Assembly (NCBI GenBank): GCA_050740235.1
Contig: JBOIDB010000094.1
Location: 10,263 to 74,262 of the forward strand
Length of the DNA stretch: 64,000 nucleotides
Reading direction: 5' to 3'
Source: Gammaproteobacteria bacterium
Lineage (GTDB): Bacteria; Pseudomonadota; Gammaproteobacteria; Steroidobacterales; JACDCP01
Shown here piece by piece: positions 33,563 through 44,902 of the stretch; position 1 is the first letter of the stretch, and the number at the start of each line of letters is the position of its first letter. A program made the translations under genes and the position numbers. The notes beneath the pieces were generated by a model that did no database searches, was not told the origin of the DNA, and saw nothing but the letters and a program-made list of their open reading frames with translations.

Positions 33563-34264
33563 ATGGCTGCTGTATGTGCTGTCGTCGGCGTCGGACCGGG
33601 CAATGGCGCGGCCATCGCGCGCCGCTTTGCCACCGAGGGCTATCAGGTTGCGCTGCTTGCTCGCAGCAACGAATACACGTCACGCCTCGCCGGCAAGCTG
33701 GGAGGAACGGCGCACGCCTATGAATGCGATGTAACGAGCCCGGCTGAAGTCAGCGCCGTGTTCGAACGCATTGCCGCCGAGCTCGGTCCGGTGGACGTGC
33801 TTGCTTACAACGCCGGCAGCGGTGTATGGGGGGCGGTGGACGAGGTCGATGTCGAAGCGCTCGAAGCGTCCTGGAGAGTCAATGTCGCCGGACTCTTCCT
33901 GACCGGCCGCGCGGTCTTTCCGCGCATGAAAGAGCGGCACCGTGGCGCGATCATCGTCACAGGGGCGACGGCCTCCCTCAGAGGCGGCGCTAAAACCGCC
34001 GCGTTTGCCGCGGCCAAGGCGGCGCAGCGCAGCCTGGCGCAATCGATGGCACGCCGCTTCTGGCCCGAGGGCATTCATGTCGCGCTGATCATCGTGGACG
34101 GTGTCGTCGATTTGCCGCGGACGCGTGAACGCATGCCGGACAAGCCCGACGACTTCTTCGTGCAGCCGGAAGATGTGGCATCGACTGCCTGGTGGTTGAG
34201 CCGGCAGGCGCCCTCGGCGTGGTCGTTCGAGGTGGAAGCCCGGCCGTTCGGCGAAACGTGGTGA
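33563..34264 (+). CDS. SDR family oxidoreductase
   Basis: VVGVGPGNGAAIARRF (TGxxxGxG-like). ATG 33563 is preceded by GGGAGG. Confidence 0.85.
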   Translation: MAAVCAVVGVGPGNGAAIARRFATEGYQVALLARSNEYTSRLAGKLGGTAHAYECDVTSPAEVSAVFERIAAELGPVDVLAYNAGSGVWGAVDEVDVEALEASWRVNVAGLFLTGRAVFPRMKERHRGAIIVTGATASLRGGAKTAAFAAAKAAQRSLAQSMARRFWPEGIHVALIIVDGVVDLPRTRERMPDKPDDFFVQPEDVASTAWWLSRQAPSAWSFEVEARPFGETW

Positions 34265-34348
34265 GGATCGTGAGGAACTTACAGGCTTCGCATCCCTTCT
34301 AACTGCGACCGCGCGAATCGCCGCGCAATTGCGTTAAGCTTCGCGCCC

Positions 34349-35284
34349 ATGCTGCCCACGCCGACTGTCCTGTCCATCTCGAACCTGTCGAAGACCTACG
34401 CTTCGGGTCTTCAGGCACTGAAGAACGTCGATCTCGAGATCCGCAAGGGCGAGATTTTCGCGCTGCTGGGGCCGAACGGCGCGGGCAAGACGACGCTGAT
34501 CAGCATCGTCTGCGGCATTGTCACGGCAACCGAAGGGACCGTGATCGCGGACGGCTATGACATCGTGCGCGATTATCGCGCCGCGCGGTACAAGATCGGA
34601 CTGGTGCCGCAGGAACTGACGACAGACGCCTTCGAGACGGTGTGGGCGACCGTGAATCTGAGCCGCGGCCTGTTCGGGCGGGCGCCGAACCCGGCGCATC
34701 TGGAGAAGGTGCTGCGCGACCTGTCTCTGTGGAGCAAGCGCAACGACAGGATCATGACGCTTTCGGGCGGCATGAAGCGCCGCGTGATGATCGCCAAGGC
34801 GCTGGCGCACGAGCCCGAGATCCTGTTCCTCGACGAGCCGACGGCCGGCGTGGACGTGGAGCTGCGCCGGGACATGTGGGCCCTGGTCAGGGGCCTGCGC
34901 GAGAACGGCGTGACCATCATCCTGACGACCCATTACATCGAGGAGGCCGAGGAAATGGCCGATCGCATCGGTGTCGTCAGCAAGGGTAAGCTGATCGTGG
35001 TCGAGGAGAAGACCGAGCTCATGAAGAAGCTCGGCAAGAAGCAGCTCACGCTCAATCTGCAGGAACCGATGGCCGTCATCCCCGATGCGCTGGGCGAATG
35101 GCGGCTCGAGCTCAAGTGCGACGGCAACGAGCTGGAATACACGTTCGACGCCAATGAAGAGCGCACGGGCATCCCGTCGCTGCTCAAGCGTATGACCGAT
35201 CTGGGGATCGGCTACAAGGACCTGAACACCCGCCAGAGCTCGCTGGAGGAAATCTTCGTCAGCCTCGTGAGCGAGCGCGCATGA
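34349..35284 (+). CDS. ABC transporter ATP-binding protein (ABC-2 exporter type)
   Basis: [26 protein letters not shown]. Confidence 0.9.
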   Translation: MLPTPTVLSISNLSKTYASGLQALKNVDLEIRKGEIFALLGPNGAGKTTLISIVCGIVTATEGTVIADGYDIVRDYRAARYKIGLVPQELTTDAFETVWATVNLSRGLFGRAPNPAHLEKVLRDLSLWSKRNDRIMTLSGGMKRRVMIAKALAHEPEILFLDEPTAGVDVELRRDMWALVRGLRENGVTIILTTHYIEEAEEMADRIGVVSKGKLIVVEEKTELMKKLGKKQLTLNLQEPMAVIPDALGEWRLELKCDGNELEYTFDANEERTGIPSLLKRMTDLGIGYKDLNTRQSSLEEIFVSLVSERA

Positions 35285-36069
35285 GCCCGGGCGCGAACCC
35301 GATCGGGTTCAACCAATACGGCGTCTGGGCCCTTTACCGGTTCGAAATGGCGCGGGCCCTGCGCACCCTCGGGCAGAGCCTGGTCGCGCCGGTCATCACG
35401 ACGTCGCTGTATTTCGTCGTGTTCGGCGCCGCCATCGGGTCGCGCATGACCGAGGTCGACGGCGTTTCCTACGGCGCTTTCATCGTGCCGGGGCTGATCA
35501 TGCTGTCGCTGTTCACGGAGAGCCTGTCGAACGCCTCGTTCGGGATTTATTTTCCGAAGTTCACCGGCACGATCTACGAGCTGCTGTCCGCGCCGGTGTC
35601 GCCGCTGGAAATCGTGCTCGCGTATGTCGGGGCGGCGGCGACCAAGTCGATCGTGCTGGGATTGATCATCCTGGCCACCGCGACCTTGTTCGTGGACCTC
35701 TCGATCCAGCACCCGGTCTGGATGGTCGGCTTCCTGGTGCTGACCGCGGTGACCTTCAGCCTGTTCGGCTTCATCATCGGTATCTGGGCGAACGGCTTCG
35801 AGCAGCTTCAGTTCATTCCCCTGCTGATCGTCGCACCGCTGACCTTTCTCGGCGGCGCGTTCTACTCCATCGACATGCTGCCGCCGGCGTGGCGTACGAT
35901 CACCCTGTTCAACCCGGTCGTCTATCTGATCAGTGGCTTCCGCTGGAGCTTCTACGGCAGCTCGGACGTCGGCGTGGAGATAAGCCTGGCGATGACGTTG
36001 GGATTTTTCCTGATCTGTCTCGTGATCGTGTGGTGGATTTTCAAGACGGGGTATCGGTTGAAGAGCTGA
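35281..36069 (+). CDS. ABC-2 type transporter permease
   Basis: Six predicted TM segments, a 4-nt overlap with the ATPase gene, and a YadH-like layout. Confidence 0.85.
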   Translation: MSPGANPIGFNQYGVWALYRFEMARALRTLGQSLVAPVITTSLYFVVFGAAIGSRMTEVDGVSYGAFIVPGLIMLSLFTESLSNASFGIYFPKFTGTIYELLSAPVSPLEIVLAYVGAAATKSIVLGLIILATATLFVDLSIQHPVWMVGFLVLTAVTFSLFGFIIGIWANGFEQLQFIPLLIVAPLTFLGGAFYSIDMLPPAWRTITLFNPVVYLISGFRWSFYGSSDVGVEISLAMTLGFFLICLVIVWWIFKTGYRLKS

Positions 36070-36383
36070 CGGCGTTCGCAGTCATGCAGTAGGTGCCGTG
36101 TTCGAGCCCGGCGCTCGCGAACCTCGAGCACGCCTTGCTCTCGGCGCGGATCGGCAGCGAACAGGCGGCGTGACGCCGCCAACGCCCCGAGCCGACGTAG
36201 CCTCGCCTCCATCGATGAGCTTCACATTTCCGCAGTTTCGAACGCGTTCACTGACTTCCAACGGGCAAGATACGCGCGAGCCTCTTGCGGAGTTATGGCT
36301 GCCGTGACGGAATTATACGTGTGTCTCGCAGCCAACTTGTAGAATGTTGATTGGTCCCTCAGCCTTTGAGAAGGACAGAATTT

Positions 36384-36848
36384 ATGAAAGATGAACCATT
36401 GACGCGCGACGTGGCACGCGCACTTCTAGTGTTGCGCTTCTCGCTCGGCTTGTTCCTGCTTCAATGGGGTATCGAGAAATTCGTGGTGCCCGCTAATACA
36501 CCGGCGATCTGGGGCTTTTTCTACGGATTCAGCATTCCCCAGGTTATGGCGTATGTGTTTGGCGTAGTCGAAATCTCGATCGCTCTTTGCCTGTTCCTCG
36601 GATTGTTCCGCACGGTAACTTATGGTGCCGCGGTGCTTTTGCATGCAGTCAGTGTCGTCGTCTCCTGGCGGCAATTGATCGATCCGTGGGGCGATCCTGC
36701 AAATCACTTGTTCATCGCTGCGATTCCGGTGCTCGGCGGTTTCATAGCGCTGTTTCTACTGCGCCATTGGGACCGCGCATTGATCCCCCTCGACGGTCGG
36801 TCACGACCAATCGGCAAGCCGCCTACCGCTGGAGCGTTTCCGCCGTAA
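36384..36848 (+). CDS. Small 4-TM membrane protein, DoxX-like
   Basis: LVLRFSLGLFLLQWGIEKF resembles the DoxX N-terminal motif. The region is AT-richer. The start is ATG 36384. Confidence 0.45.
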   Translation: MKDEPLTRDVARALLVLRFSLGLFLLQWGIEKFVVPANTPAIWGFFYGFSIPQVMAYVFGVVEISIALCLFLGLFRTVTYGAAVLLHAVSVVVSWRQLIDPWGDPANHLFIAAIPVLGGFIALFLLRHWDRALIPLDGRSRPIGKPPTAGAFPP

Positions 36849-39048
36849 GCGTGCGCTTGCGCCCGGCGAGCGCGAGCAACGGTTCCCAGTTCCCGCTCGC
36901 CTCGGCTTGCATGGCGCGGTCGCGCATACGGGCGATATCCACATCGACTTCCGCGACTATCGCACGGAATTCGGGTTCGTCGTGCAGCTCGACGAGATAG
37001 GGATCGTTGTCGAGCGACCAACCGTCTTTCGTCCATGGACTGCGCCAGCCGTCGTCGATGGCCTCGCGCAACCGAGCGAGCGCTTGTTCCGGCCGGCCCA
37101 TCAGAACCAGCGTCTCGACGTCGGCAATACCGTAGCCGACGAGACCTAGGCGGGGTTGGCGCTGCAAAAACTTCAGGGTCGCTTCGAGGACTTGCTCTGC
37201 ACGCTCCGGCTCGCCGAGTTGTTGCAGTGCGTAGGCGTAGCCGACACCGTTGCTGCAGTTCAGGGCGTCGATTCGCGGAACAGTCTCGGTAAATCGCGGG
37301 CAGAGCTGCTCCAGATAGCGGCGTGCCGATTCGAAATTTCCGTGCTGGATAGCAACTGCCGCGGTGACGAACAGAAACGGAGGCGGCGCATGCTCCAATT
37401 GGGCAAGCGAACCCTCCAGCAATGCGAGAGCGCCGGCGTAATCGCCCTCGAACCGGCGACCTTGCGCCTGCGCGAGTATCCAGAAACCATGGTCTCGTGG
37501 AAGTTCGTGGAGCAACTCCAGGGCGCGATCGGTTTGGCCGAATGCCATGTACGTACTGATTCCTCCGCGCATCAGGGCGGGGTCGGCGCTCAGTGAACGT
37601 GCCTTGTGGTACCAGGCGAGCGCTTCGTCCAACCGGCCGAGATTGGCCAGATGGAAGCTGATTGATTCCGGCGCAGTAGGCCAGTCGGGATCCAGCCGTG
37701 TGATCTCGAGCCACCGGTCGAGGGCGCGCGCGTTGTCGCCGACGCGCGCGTAGCTGACGCCGAGGTTGAGCCGGGTCACTCGCGCCAGGGGGTCGAGCTC
37801 CAGCGACCGTTCGAACAGCTCGATGGACTTGGTCTCGTCGCCCAGGTCCGACGCGAGTGACGCATACCAGGCGATTGCCTGGGCATGGTTCGGGTTGAGC
37901 GCGATCGCTTTCCCGAAGGCTTCCTCGGCCTGCCGGGCATCGGGCTCGCGCTGATTCGTCTCCCACATGCCGGTTTTCAACAAGCCTATCGAGGCGTGTA
38001 TGTCGGCGTCCTCACTCTCCATCGAGAGCGCTTTATCCAAGAGGGCCGCCGACTTCGTGAAGGCCTCGTCCGCGGACAGGATGCCATGGTTGTAATAGAG
38101 GATGTGCAGCGTGTCGGCCAGACCGGCATAGGCCTGTGCGAACTCCGGATCGAGCGCGATTGCTCGTTCGAATAGTCCGCGGGCGCTTTGCAGGCTCTCG
38201 ATTTCCCGTTGATACAGCTTCTGACGCCCGGCGATATAAGCGTTGTAGGCCTCCAGGTTGCCGGTAGGGATCCTGGATACCCGCTCCTTCTCGTCCGGGG
38301 TTAAAGTCGCCTGCAACTTCTCTGCGATTGTTGTCGCGATCTCGGTCTGGATGGCAAAGATGTTTTCGGTGCTCAGCCGGCGATCGTAGGTATTCGCCCA
38401 GACGTGCTCATCGGTCCCGGCATCGATGAGCTGCACATTGATGCGCACAGTGTCGCCGGCGCGCTGCACGGCACCTTCGAGCACTGTGGCGACGCCCAGC
38501 TCCTTGCCGATCTGGCGCAGCTTCTTGGTCGTATCGCGATACTCCATCACCGACGTGCGCGAGATGACCTTCAGCGAGCCGATTTTTGCGAGGCTTGTCA
38601 GCAACTCATCGTGCATCCCGTCGGCGAACAGGGCGTGCTGCGGGTCGGTGCTGCGGCTGGTGAAAGGCAGGACAGCGATCGATGCTGCACGGACTCCGGG
38701 CGTATCGTTCAGATTGAACGAGATCGAAAATCCAAGGGCGACAATGAGCAGGCCGATGATGGCGAAGTCGAGCTTTCGCCCGGTGCTGGCAGTAATCGAG
38801 TGCTCCAGGGGCACCTCGTGCGTCCGCTTGAGCCCTTCGGGCGTAATCTCGAACGCCCAGGAGAGTGCCAGTGCCAGAGGAAAGCCGAGCACCACGAGCA
38901 GGATGATGACCTTAACGACCCATCCCGGGGCGCTGAAAGTCGGGATGACAACCGAGGCGACCTGAATCACAATCCAGCCGACGACGGCATAAGCCGCGCC
39001 GACTTTGTAGACATTGCGCCTGCGCAACTCCGACAGGAAAGCACGCAT
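36823..39048 (-). CDS. Membrane-anchored TolB-like-domain + TPR repeat protein (paralogue 1)
   Basis: The N-terminus is LSELRRRNVYKVGAAYAVVGWIVIQV with two TM helices. It is followed by IAVLPF...DGMHDELLTSL...VLEGAVQRAGDTVRINVQLID (TolB-N-like) and a long TPR region. Confidence 0.75.
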   Translation of the reverse strand: MRAFLSELRRRNVYKVGAAYAVVGWIVIQVASVVIPTFSAPGWVVKVIILLVVLGFPLALALSWAFEITPEGLKRTHEVPLEHSITASTGRKLDFAIIGLLIVALGFSISFNLNDTPGVRAASIAVLPFTSRSTDPQHALFADGMHDELLTSLAKIGSLKVISRTSVMEYRDTTKKLRQIGKELGVATVLEGAVQRAGDTVRINVQLIDAGTDEHVWANTYDRRLSTENIFAIQTEIATTIAEKLQATLTPDEKERVSRIPTGNLEAYNAYIAGRQKLYQREIESLQSARGLFERAIALDPEFAQAYAGLADTLHILYYNHGILSADEAFTKSAALLDKALSMESEDADIHASIGLLKTGMWETNQREPDARQAEEAFGKAIALNPNHAQAIAWYASLASDLGDETKSIELFERSLELDPLARVTRLNLGVSYARVGDNARALDRWLEITRLDPDWPTAPESISFHLANLGRLDEALAWYHKARSLSADPALMRGGISTYMAFGQTDRALELLHELPRDHGFWILAQAQGRRFEGDYAGALALLEGSLAQLEHAPPPFLFVTAAVAIQHGNFESARRYLEQLCPRFTETVPRIDALNCSNGVGYAYALQQLGEPERAEQVLEATLKFLQRQPRLGLVGYGIADVETLVLMGRPEQALARLREAIDDGWRSPWTKDGWSLDNDPYLVELHDEPEFRAIVAEVDVDIARMRDRAMQAEASGNWEPLLALAGRKRTLTAETLQR

Positions 39049-39160
39049 AGCGAAATCGGGTCGACCTGTTTGTCAGTTGCCCCCACACAGTATGGGCCGG
39101 GCCGGCGAGTTGGTCGAGATGCTCCCCCGGGAACGGCGCCGTTCCTTGCTTATCTCATTT

Positions 39161-40414
39161 TCAGGCGTGCAACTCCGTCAGCCGCCGTTCGAGGAACCGC
39201 CGCGCCGTCTCTTCCCGCGTGAGGTCGAGCGCCCGTTCGTAGGACGCCCGGGCGTCCGCTGTCCGCTCGAGGCGCCGGCAGAGATCCGCGCGCGCCGAGT
39301 GGGCAAGGGGATAGTCCGCGAGATCGCCACGCGCGAGGATTGCGTCGATGAGCGTCAGGCCGGCCTCCGGGCCATCGCGCATCGCCACGGCCACGGCGCG
39401 GTTGAGCTCGACGACGGGCGACGGGGCTATCCGGGCCAGCACGTCATACAACCCGACGATCTGGTTCCAGTCGGTGGCGGCAGCATCGGGCGCCTCGGCG
39501 TGCACGGCCGCGATCGCCGCCTGAATCGTATAGGGCCCGAAACGCCGCGAATAAAGCACCCGTTCGAGCAACGCGGTTCCTTCCGTGATCTGCTCCCGAT
39601 TCCACAGCGAGCGATCCTGCTCATCGAGCAGCATCAGCTCCCCGTCCGGCGAGCTGCGGGCCTCGCGTCTGGATTCCTGCAGCAACATCAGGGCGAGGAG
39701 GCCGACCACTTCCGGCTCCGGCAGCAACTCGACGAGCAGCCTTCCCAGACGAATCGCCTCACCGGAGAGATCATGACGCGTCAGCGCCGTGCCCGATGAG
39801 GCGGAATATCCCTCGTTGAATACGAGGTAGATCACGTGGAGCACGCTGTCGAGCCGGTCCGGCAGTTGCGCTCGCGTCGGCACCTCATAGGGAATGCCGG
39901 CATCGCGAATTTTCGTCTTGGCGCGCACGATGCGTTGGGCAACGGTGGACGCGGCGGTGAGGAAAGCGTGCGCGATCTCCTCGGTCGTCAGGTCGCAGAC
40001 CTCGCGCAGGGTCATCGCCACCTGGGCGTCCGGCGGCAAGGCCGGATGGCAACAGGTGAAAATCAACCGCAGCCGGTCATCCTCCAGGCCTTCGTCTTCC
40101 CAGTCCGCGGGATCGCTCGTGGAGGCATCCAGTTGATCGGCGAGCTCGGCCTGCGACGAATCGAATCGCGCGCGCCGGCGTATCCCGTCGATGGCCTTGA
40201 AGCGGCCGGCCGAGACGAGCCACGCGCGCGGATTGTCGGGCATGCCGTCGCGCGGCCATTGCTCCAGCGCCGCCCTGAATGCATCGTGCAGCGCCTCTTC
40301 GGCAACGTCGAAGTCACCAAGCAGGCGGATCAAGGTGGCAAGCACGCGGCGCGATTCGGCGCGATAGACGGCCTCCACTTGCGCGCCCACGTCGACGGCT
40401 GCATCCGTGCTCAT
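39161..40414 (-). CDS. ECF sigma factor with a long C-terminal TPR-like extension (ECF42-like)
   Basis: Region 2 is [21 protein letters not shown]. Region 4 is [27 protein letters not shown]-terminal extension of about 200 aa follows. ATG 40414 is preceded by AGGAAG. Confidence 0.85.
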   Translation of the reverse strand: MSTDAAVDVGAQVEAVYRAESRRVLATLIRLLGDFDVAEEALHDAFRAALEQWPRDGMPDNPRAWLVSAGRFKAIDGIRRRARFDSSQAELADQLDASTSDPADWEDEGLEDDRLRLIFTCCHPALPPDAQVAMTLREVCDLTTEEIAHAFLTAASTVAQRIVRAKTKIRDAGIPYEVPTRAQLPDRLDSVLHVIYLVFNEGYSASSGTALTRHDLSGEAIRLGRLLVELLPEPEVVGLLALMLLQESRREARSSPDGELMLLDEQDRSLWNREQITEGTALLERVLYSRRFGPYTIQAAIAAVHAEAPDAAATDWNQIVGLYDVLARIAPSPVVELNRAVAVAMRDGPEAGLTLIDAILARGDLADYPLAHSARADLCRRLERTADARASYERALDLTREETARRFLERRLTELHA

Positions 40415-40431
40415 CGTGGCTTCCTTTCCGG

Positions 40432-40824
40432 CTAAGGCCGGGCACCCGGGGCGTCGAATCCCAACGCGCGGAGCGTCTCTGCGTCCTCCGCGACCGGCCG
40501 GACCTCGACGCACCCGATCCGCGCACCCGGTATTTTAGCGGCTATCCGGACTGCCTCGTCCATGTCCCCGGCCTCGATGAGGTAATAGCCGCCGAGCTGT
40601 TCCTTGGTCTCGGCGAACGGCCCGTCGCTGATCGAGGCCTTGCCGTTTCGAACCCGCACGGTTTTAGCGGTACCGGCGGGCAGCAGGCGATTGCTTCCAA
40701 CCAATCGGCCGCTGGCGCGGAGATCGTCGGTGAACTCGGTGTATTCCGCGTAGTGGCGCTCCGCATCGGGCTCCGGCATTTGCTCCATCACGCGCTCCGC
40801 GCAGATCAGGCACAGGTACTTCAT
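40432..40824 (-). CDS. YciI-family (DGPF domain) protein
   Basis: [25 protein letters not shown]. It lies 17 nt upstream of the ECF sigma gene. Confidence 0.8.
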   Translation of the reverse strand: MKYLCLICAERVMEQMPEPDAERHYAEYTEFTDDLRASGRLVGSNRLLPAGTAKTVRVRNGKASISDGPFAETKEQLGGYYLIEAGDMDEAVRIAAKIPGARIGCVEVRPVAEDAETLRALGFDAPGARP

Positions 40825-40920
40825 GATTCCCTCCCTGGGATTGGATACTGGAATGTCATTCGACGCGCCGATGAAAGGGTGGTTCATCAGGATATGAGCC
40901 CCATCGATTGATCCCGGCCG

Positions 40921-43320
40921 TCACCGAATGCGGACGGAGAAGTCGCGACCTTCCCAGCGACCCGACTCAGGCCAGAAAAACGTGAAACTCAGCGGCGTTC
41001 GCTGCTCGTCACGAGCAGCGAGATCCACATAATCGATGCCGAGCCGCATCGGGCTCGAGGCCGTGTCTTTGTGGCTCTGCCATTCATCGTTCGTCCAGCG
41101 AAGACGGAAAGGCCCCTGGGCCAGGACCCGCAGCCGCGTGCCGCGAGACACCTCGGCGACCTGCCGGTTGAACTTCCACACTTCCATTGGTGTTGACTCC
41201 GCGGCCGCCGGATTCAGGTATCGCTCGGCGACGGGATCGAAGCGGTCGAATACTCGCCCGTCGTGGACCGAGCGCAGCAGCTTGATGTACTCGGCATGCG
41301 CCCACATGAGCGGCATCGCCGAGCCGGTCGCCTCGCCGCGAACAAATCGCAGGTCCGCGCGGTCCGGCTCGTCCCAGATTTGCTCGGGCAGGAGCAGGTG
41401 CGCGCTGGCGAAGCCCTCCATCGCCCGGACGAACGATCGTACGTCGCGGCCTGCGGCCAGCTCGTAATGCCCCCGCTCGCCGGTCAGGATTGGCCATGGC
41501 CGGCCCTTTCCCCAACCGATGTACGGCCCGCCGTCTTCCCGTTGACCGTACCCATCGTGATTGTAGCGATACCAGCAAGGTCCGGATGGCGTGTCGACCT
41601 TGAGCACGGCATCGATCACGCGGATCGAGTCGCGGATGACCGGATCGTCGGCGGGCCGGATGCCGTAGCGAACGAGCTCCAGGAATCCGCCGTCGACGAT
41701 CTCCTTCGCGGGGAATTCGACCTGCGCGCCGGGCGGCCGGTTGCGGATCGCGAGCATTCCCTCGTTCGGGTTTTCGTTCGGATGAGCGCCGAAGGGGTCG
41801 GCGGGCGTGATGCGAATGTAATGCCGCGGAATGCCCGGCACCAGCGTGCCCTCGGTCGTCACGGTCCATGCCTCGATGTGCGATTCGAGGAAATCGGCAT
41901 GACTTTCCAGGAACACCGCCATCGCCTCGTCGCCGCGGTTGCGCACGAGGTCGGCGGCGCAGATCAGCGCCGCGATGCTCGAGGCCAGCGTGGAGGGCGA
42001 CAGGCCGCTGTTCTCCTCCCAGCGCTCCTGCTCGGTGACGGGCCCCTGGCGGATCAGGAAGCCGGCCGCCCGCAGGACCATCGGCAACGGATCGACGTTC
42101 CATAGTGCGTCGAGCTTCTGGAGCCGCCAGGCGAGCAGAATCGGGAAAGCCACCTCGTCGAGCTGCAGTCCGTGCCAGTACGGCGTGCCGTCGATCCAGA
42201 AATTCTGCGGGAAGTGGCCGTCCGGGCGTTGCGCCGCGATCAGATAAACCAGCGCGCGCCGCGGCGTGTCGGTGTTGCCGGCCGCCAGCAGCCCGGTGGC
42301 GCTGTGCACCATGTCGCGCGTCCAGACGAGATGATAGCCACCGAGATCCGTCTCGCTGCGCGCCTCGCCCCAGGGAATGCTCAGCGAAGCGATCATCGCG
42401 CCCGGATACATTTTGTCCTCGTGGGCCAGCAGCGCGCTGTAGCCCATGTGGAACAGCGTGCCTCCATCCTCGCAGGCGTCTTCCAGGGGCAGAATGCCTG
42501 CACAGGTTTCTTCCCACTGTTCGATGAACTGCTCGCGGTGGCGCTCGACCGGCACGGTCAGGGACTGCAGCAGGGTGGAGACCGCGTGCGACAGGCTGCG
42601 GCCGAAAGCCAGCGCCAGCGTGAACTCGAAGCCCTCGCTCAGATCGATTTCGCCGGTCAGCGCGATGTTTCCGTTCGGGGCGGAGTCGAACTCCCAGTCC
42701 ATGTGGAAATTGTCGTGCAGATCGGTCCAGCCATCGCTCGTGCTGACATAGCCGCATGAAAGCTTGCGGAAAGGCGTGGAGGCAGCCAGCGCGAGCCAGG
42801 TGCCATTGCGGTTCGCGGTGAGAATGCGCCTGCCGTCGACTTCCACGACGTTGCCGTTGTTGCCCCAGCCGCCCACATCGAGGTGCGGCGCCAGCAACGC
42901 ATAGAGCTGCAACCGCGAGCGCAGCGGTTCGGTTGCCTGGAGCCGAGTCTGCATCAACAGGCATGGATAATGCGGATCGGCGAGAATTTCTTTGACGAGT
43001 GCGTATCGTCCATTCCGCTCGCGATTCGTCAGGCGAAAGCCGAGCGCGTGCGGCGACATCGGCTCGATTCTGGATTCCGTATGCCGCCGCTCATCGTGGA
43101 AGAACGTCTCACCGTCGGTGATCAGGAACTGCAGATCGCGGGTCTGCGGATGGTCGATCGTGGGAAAGTAGACTTCGCTGACGATGCCGCCCGCGACCGT
43201 GAACCAGATCCGGGCGGATGCCGAACGCGCCGTGCCGACGGCCTGCTTGTCGCTGCGCGTCCAGCGCGGCTCGATGCCCGGTTGGCCGAATGCGGGAAGG
43301 TCATGGAAGAGCTGCGGCAT
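40921..43320 (-). CDS. GH15 glucoamylase / glucodextranase-type glycoside hydrolase
   Basis: At 799 aa, the N-terminus FGQPGIEPRWTRSDKQAVGTA and the overall layout are those of bacterial GH15 glucan 1,4-alpha-glucosidases. Confidence 0.8.
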   Translation of the reverse strand: MPQLFHDLPAFGQPGIEPRWTRSDKQAVGTARSASARIWFTVAGGIVSEVYFPTIDHPQTRDLQFLITDGETFFHDERRHTESRIEPMSPHALGFRLTNRERNGRYALVKEILADPHYPCLLMQTRLQATEPLRSRLQLYALLAPHLDVGGWGNNGNVVEVDGRRILTANRNGTWLALAASTPFRKLSCGYVSTSDGWTDLHDNFHMDWEFDSAPNGNIALTGEIDLSEGFEFTLALAFGRSLSHAVSTLLQSLTVPVERHREQFIEQWEETCAGILPLEDACEDGGTLFHMGYSALLAHEDKMYPGAMIASLSIPWGEARSETDLGGYHLVWTRDMVHSATGLLAAGNTDTPRRALVYLIAAQRPDGHFPQNFWIDGTPYWHGLQLDEVAFPILLAWRLQKLDALWNVDPLPMVLRAAGFLIRQGPVTEQERWEENSGLSPSTLASSIAALICAADLVRNRGDEAMAVFLESHADFLESHIEAWTVTTEGTLVPGIPRHYIRITPADPFGAHPNENPNEGMLAIRNRPPGAQVEFPAKEIVDGGFLELVRYGIRPADDPVIRDSIRVIDAVLKVDTPSGPCWYRYNHDGYGQREDGGPYIGWGKGRPWPILTGERGHYELAAGRDVRSFVRAMEGFASAHLLLPEQIWDEPDRADLRFVRGEATGSAMPLMWAHAEYIKLLRSVHDGRVFDRFDPVAERYLNPAAAESTPMEVWKFNRQVAEVSRGTRLRVLAQGPFRLRWTNDEWQSHKDTASSPMRLGIDYVDLAARDEQRTPLSFTFFWPESGRWEGRDFSVRIR

Positions 43321-43421
43321 GGAAGACTGCGATGCAAGAATCGTGCGAGCAGGCTCGCCGGCGAATGTCCGCTTTGCTCATCAAGTCGGTTATGCCAGGA
43401 AACCTGGCATAACTGACCGAA

Positions 43422-44870
43422 TCAGGCACCCTCCACGAGGTGCCGCGCATGGTGTTGCAGCAGCTCCAGCGCCAATTCGACCTGCGCGAGGTGACTGCGG
43501 AAGTTCAGCACCGCGAGGCGCAGCGTGAAACGGCCGTCGAGTTGCGTCGAAGAAATGAATACTCTGCCGTCATTCTGCACGGCCGCGATGAGCCGGCGAT
43601 TGAAGTCGTCCACGTTACCGCGCTCGGGCACGTAGCGATAGGTCACGACGGAGAGATCGGGCTCGGGCCCGACTTCCCAGTTCGCGAGCTCGCTCAGGCG
43701 TGCGTGAAAATGGCGGGCGAGCAGCAGCTTCTCCTCGATCGCGGCGCGAAACGGCGCGAGGCCGAAGAGCTTCAAAGGCAGCCACAACCGCAGGCCCCGG
43801 AACGGACGGGTCAGCTCAGGCGAGAGATCAGCCGGCGAGAGTTCCACGTCGGGGCGAAACGCATCCTGCATGTAGTTGGCGTGGTAGCGGTTCGCCGCGG
43901 CGAGGCGTTCGCGATCGCGCACCAGCAGCGCGCCGCTGCCGTACGGCAGGAACAGACCCTTGTGCGGGTCGAGCACCGCCGAATCCGATCGCTCGATGCC
44001 GGCGAGTATCTGTCGGCCCGGCTCGCAGAGCAGAAACGCGCCACCGTAGGCCGCATCTACGTGCAGCCATATGCCGTGAGCCGCGGCAATCTCAGCGATC
44101 GCGCCCAGCGGATCGACGGCGCCGACGTCCGTGCTGCCGGCGGTCGCAACGACGAGCCAGGGCAGCAGGCCGTCGCGACGGTCCGCATCGACCTGCGTCG
44201 CCAGCGTGTCGGCATCCATGCGCCAGCGCTCATCGACCTCGATGAGGCGGCGGACGCACTCCCCGAGCCCGGCAATCCGCAGCGCCTTGGCTACGGAGTG
44301 ATGGGATTGCTCGCTGAGATAGACCACGCGGCGCGGCAGGTCGGCGGCTTTGACATCATGCGCGTTGCGCGCGGCGACGATGCCGCTCAAGTTTGCGATG
44401 CTGCCCCCGGAGGTGAGGTCCCCGCCCGAGGTTTCGGCCGGATAGCCGATCAGCCCGGCCAGCCATCCGACCAGCTGCATTTCCATCCGCACGGCGCCCG
44501 GCGCGGCAAAAAACACACCCGAGTAGCGATTGCTCACGTCGGCTAGGAAATCGCCCAGCGCAGCCGGGTAGAGCCCGCCGCCCGGAATGTAGCCGAACGC
44601 GCCGGGCGAAGCGGGATTGATTCCCGGCGCATCGACCTCGTTGTTCAGAATCGCCAGCAGTTGGCCGATGTCGGCCGGCTCCTCCGCGAACGGCTGCGAC
44701 AACGCGCCGGCCGGATCGCCGAATCCGGGCCGATAGGCGGGAATTTCGCCGAGGCGTTCGAGAAACTGCTCCGTGTAGCCGGTCGCTGCCTCGCGCCACC
44801 GCATGCGCCGGGCGGCATCCGGATCGAGTCTGCGAGCCTCCCGTTCGAGGGCCTGGATTCGGTCGCGCAC
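43422..44870 (-). CDS. Group II pyridoxal-phosphate-dependent (aromatic amino acid type) decarboxylase
   Basis: DPHKGLFLPYGSGALLV (PLP-Lys) and a size of 482 aa. Confidence 0.85.
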   Translation of the reverse strand: MRDRIQALEREARRLDPDAARRMRWREAATGYTEQFLERLGEIPAYRPGFGDPAGALSQPFAEEPADIGQLLAILNNEVDAPGINPASPGAFGYIPGGGLYPAALGDFLADVSNRYSGVFFAAPGAVRMEMQLVGWLAGLIGYPAETSGGDLTSGGSIANLSGIVAARNAHDVKAADLPRRVVYLSEQSHHSVAKALRIAGLGECVRRLIEVDERWRMDADTLATQVDADRRDGLLPWLVVATAGSTDVGAVDPLGAIAEIAAAHGIWLHVDAAYGGAFLLCEPGRQILAGIERSDSAVLDPHKGLFLPYGSGALLVRDRERLAAANRYHANYMQDAFRPDVELSPADLSPELTRPFRGLRLWLPLKLFGLAPFRAAIEEKLLLARHFHARLSELANWEVGPEPDLSVVTYRYVPERGNVDDFNRRLIAAVQNDGRVFISSTQLDGRFTLRLAVLNFRSHLAQVELALELLQHHARHLVEGA

Positions 44871-44902
44871 TGATCGATTGCTCCCGGCGGGTATGGCCGA
44901 AC

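Noticed and set aside
36090-36130. GTGTTCGAGCCCGG resembles a tRNA T-loop (GGTTCGAnnCC), which raised the idea of a tRNA gene or an att-site remnant.
   Set aside because: The flanking bases do not form a T-stem or an acceptor stem, and no D-arm or anticodon arm can be drawn.
39130-39145. The perfect 16-bp palindrome GGAACGGCGCCGTTCC between the ECF sigma gene and the TPR gene looked like a terminator.
   Set aside because: The T-rich run follows it only on the plus strand, where no gene ends. On the coding (minus) strand no U-tract follows the stem. It may be an operator or may be nothing.
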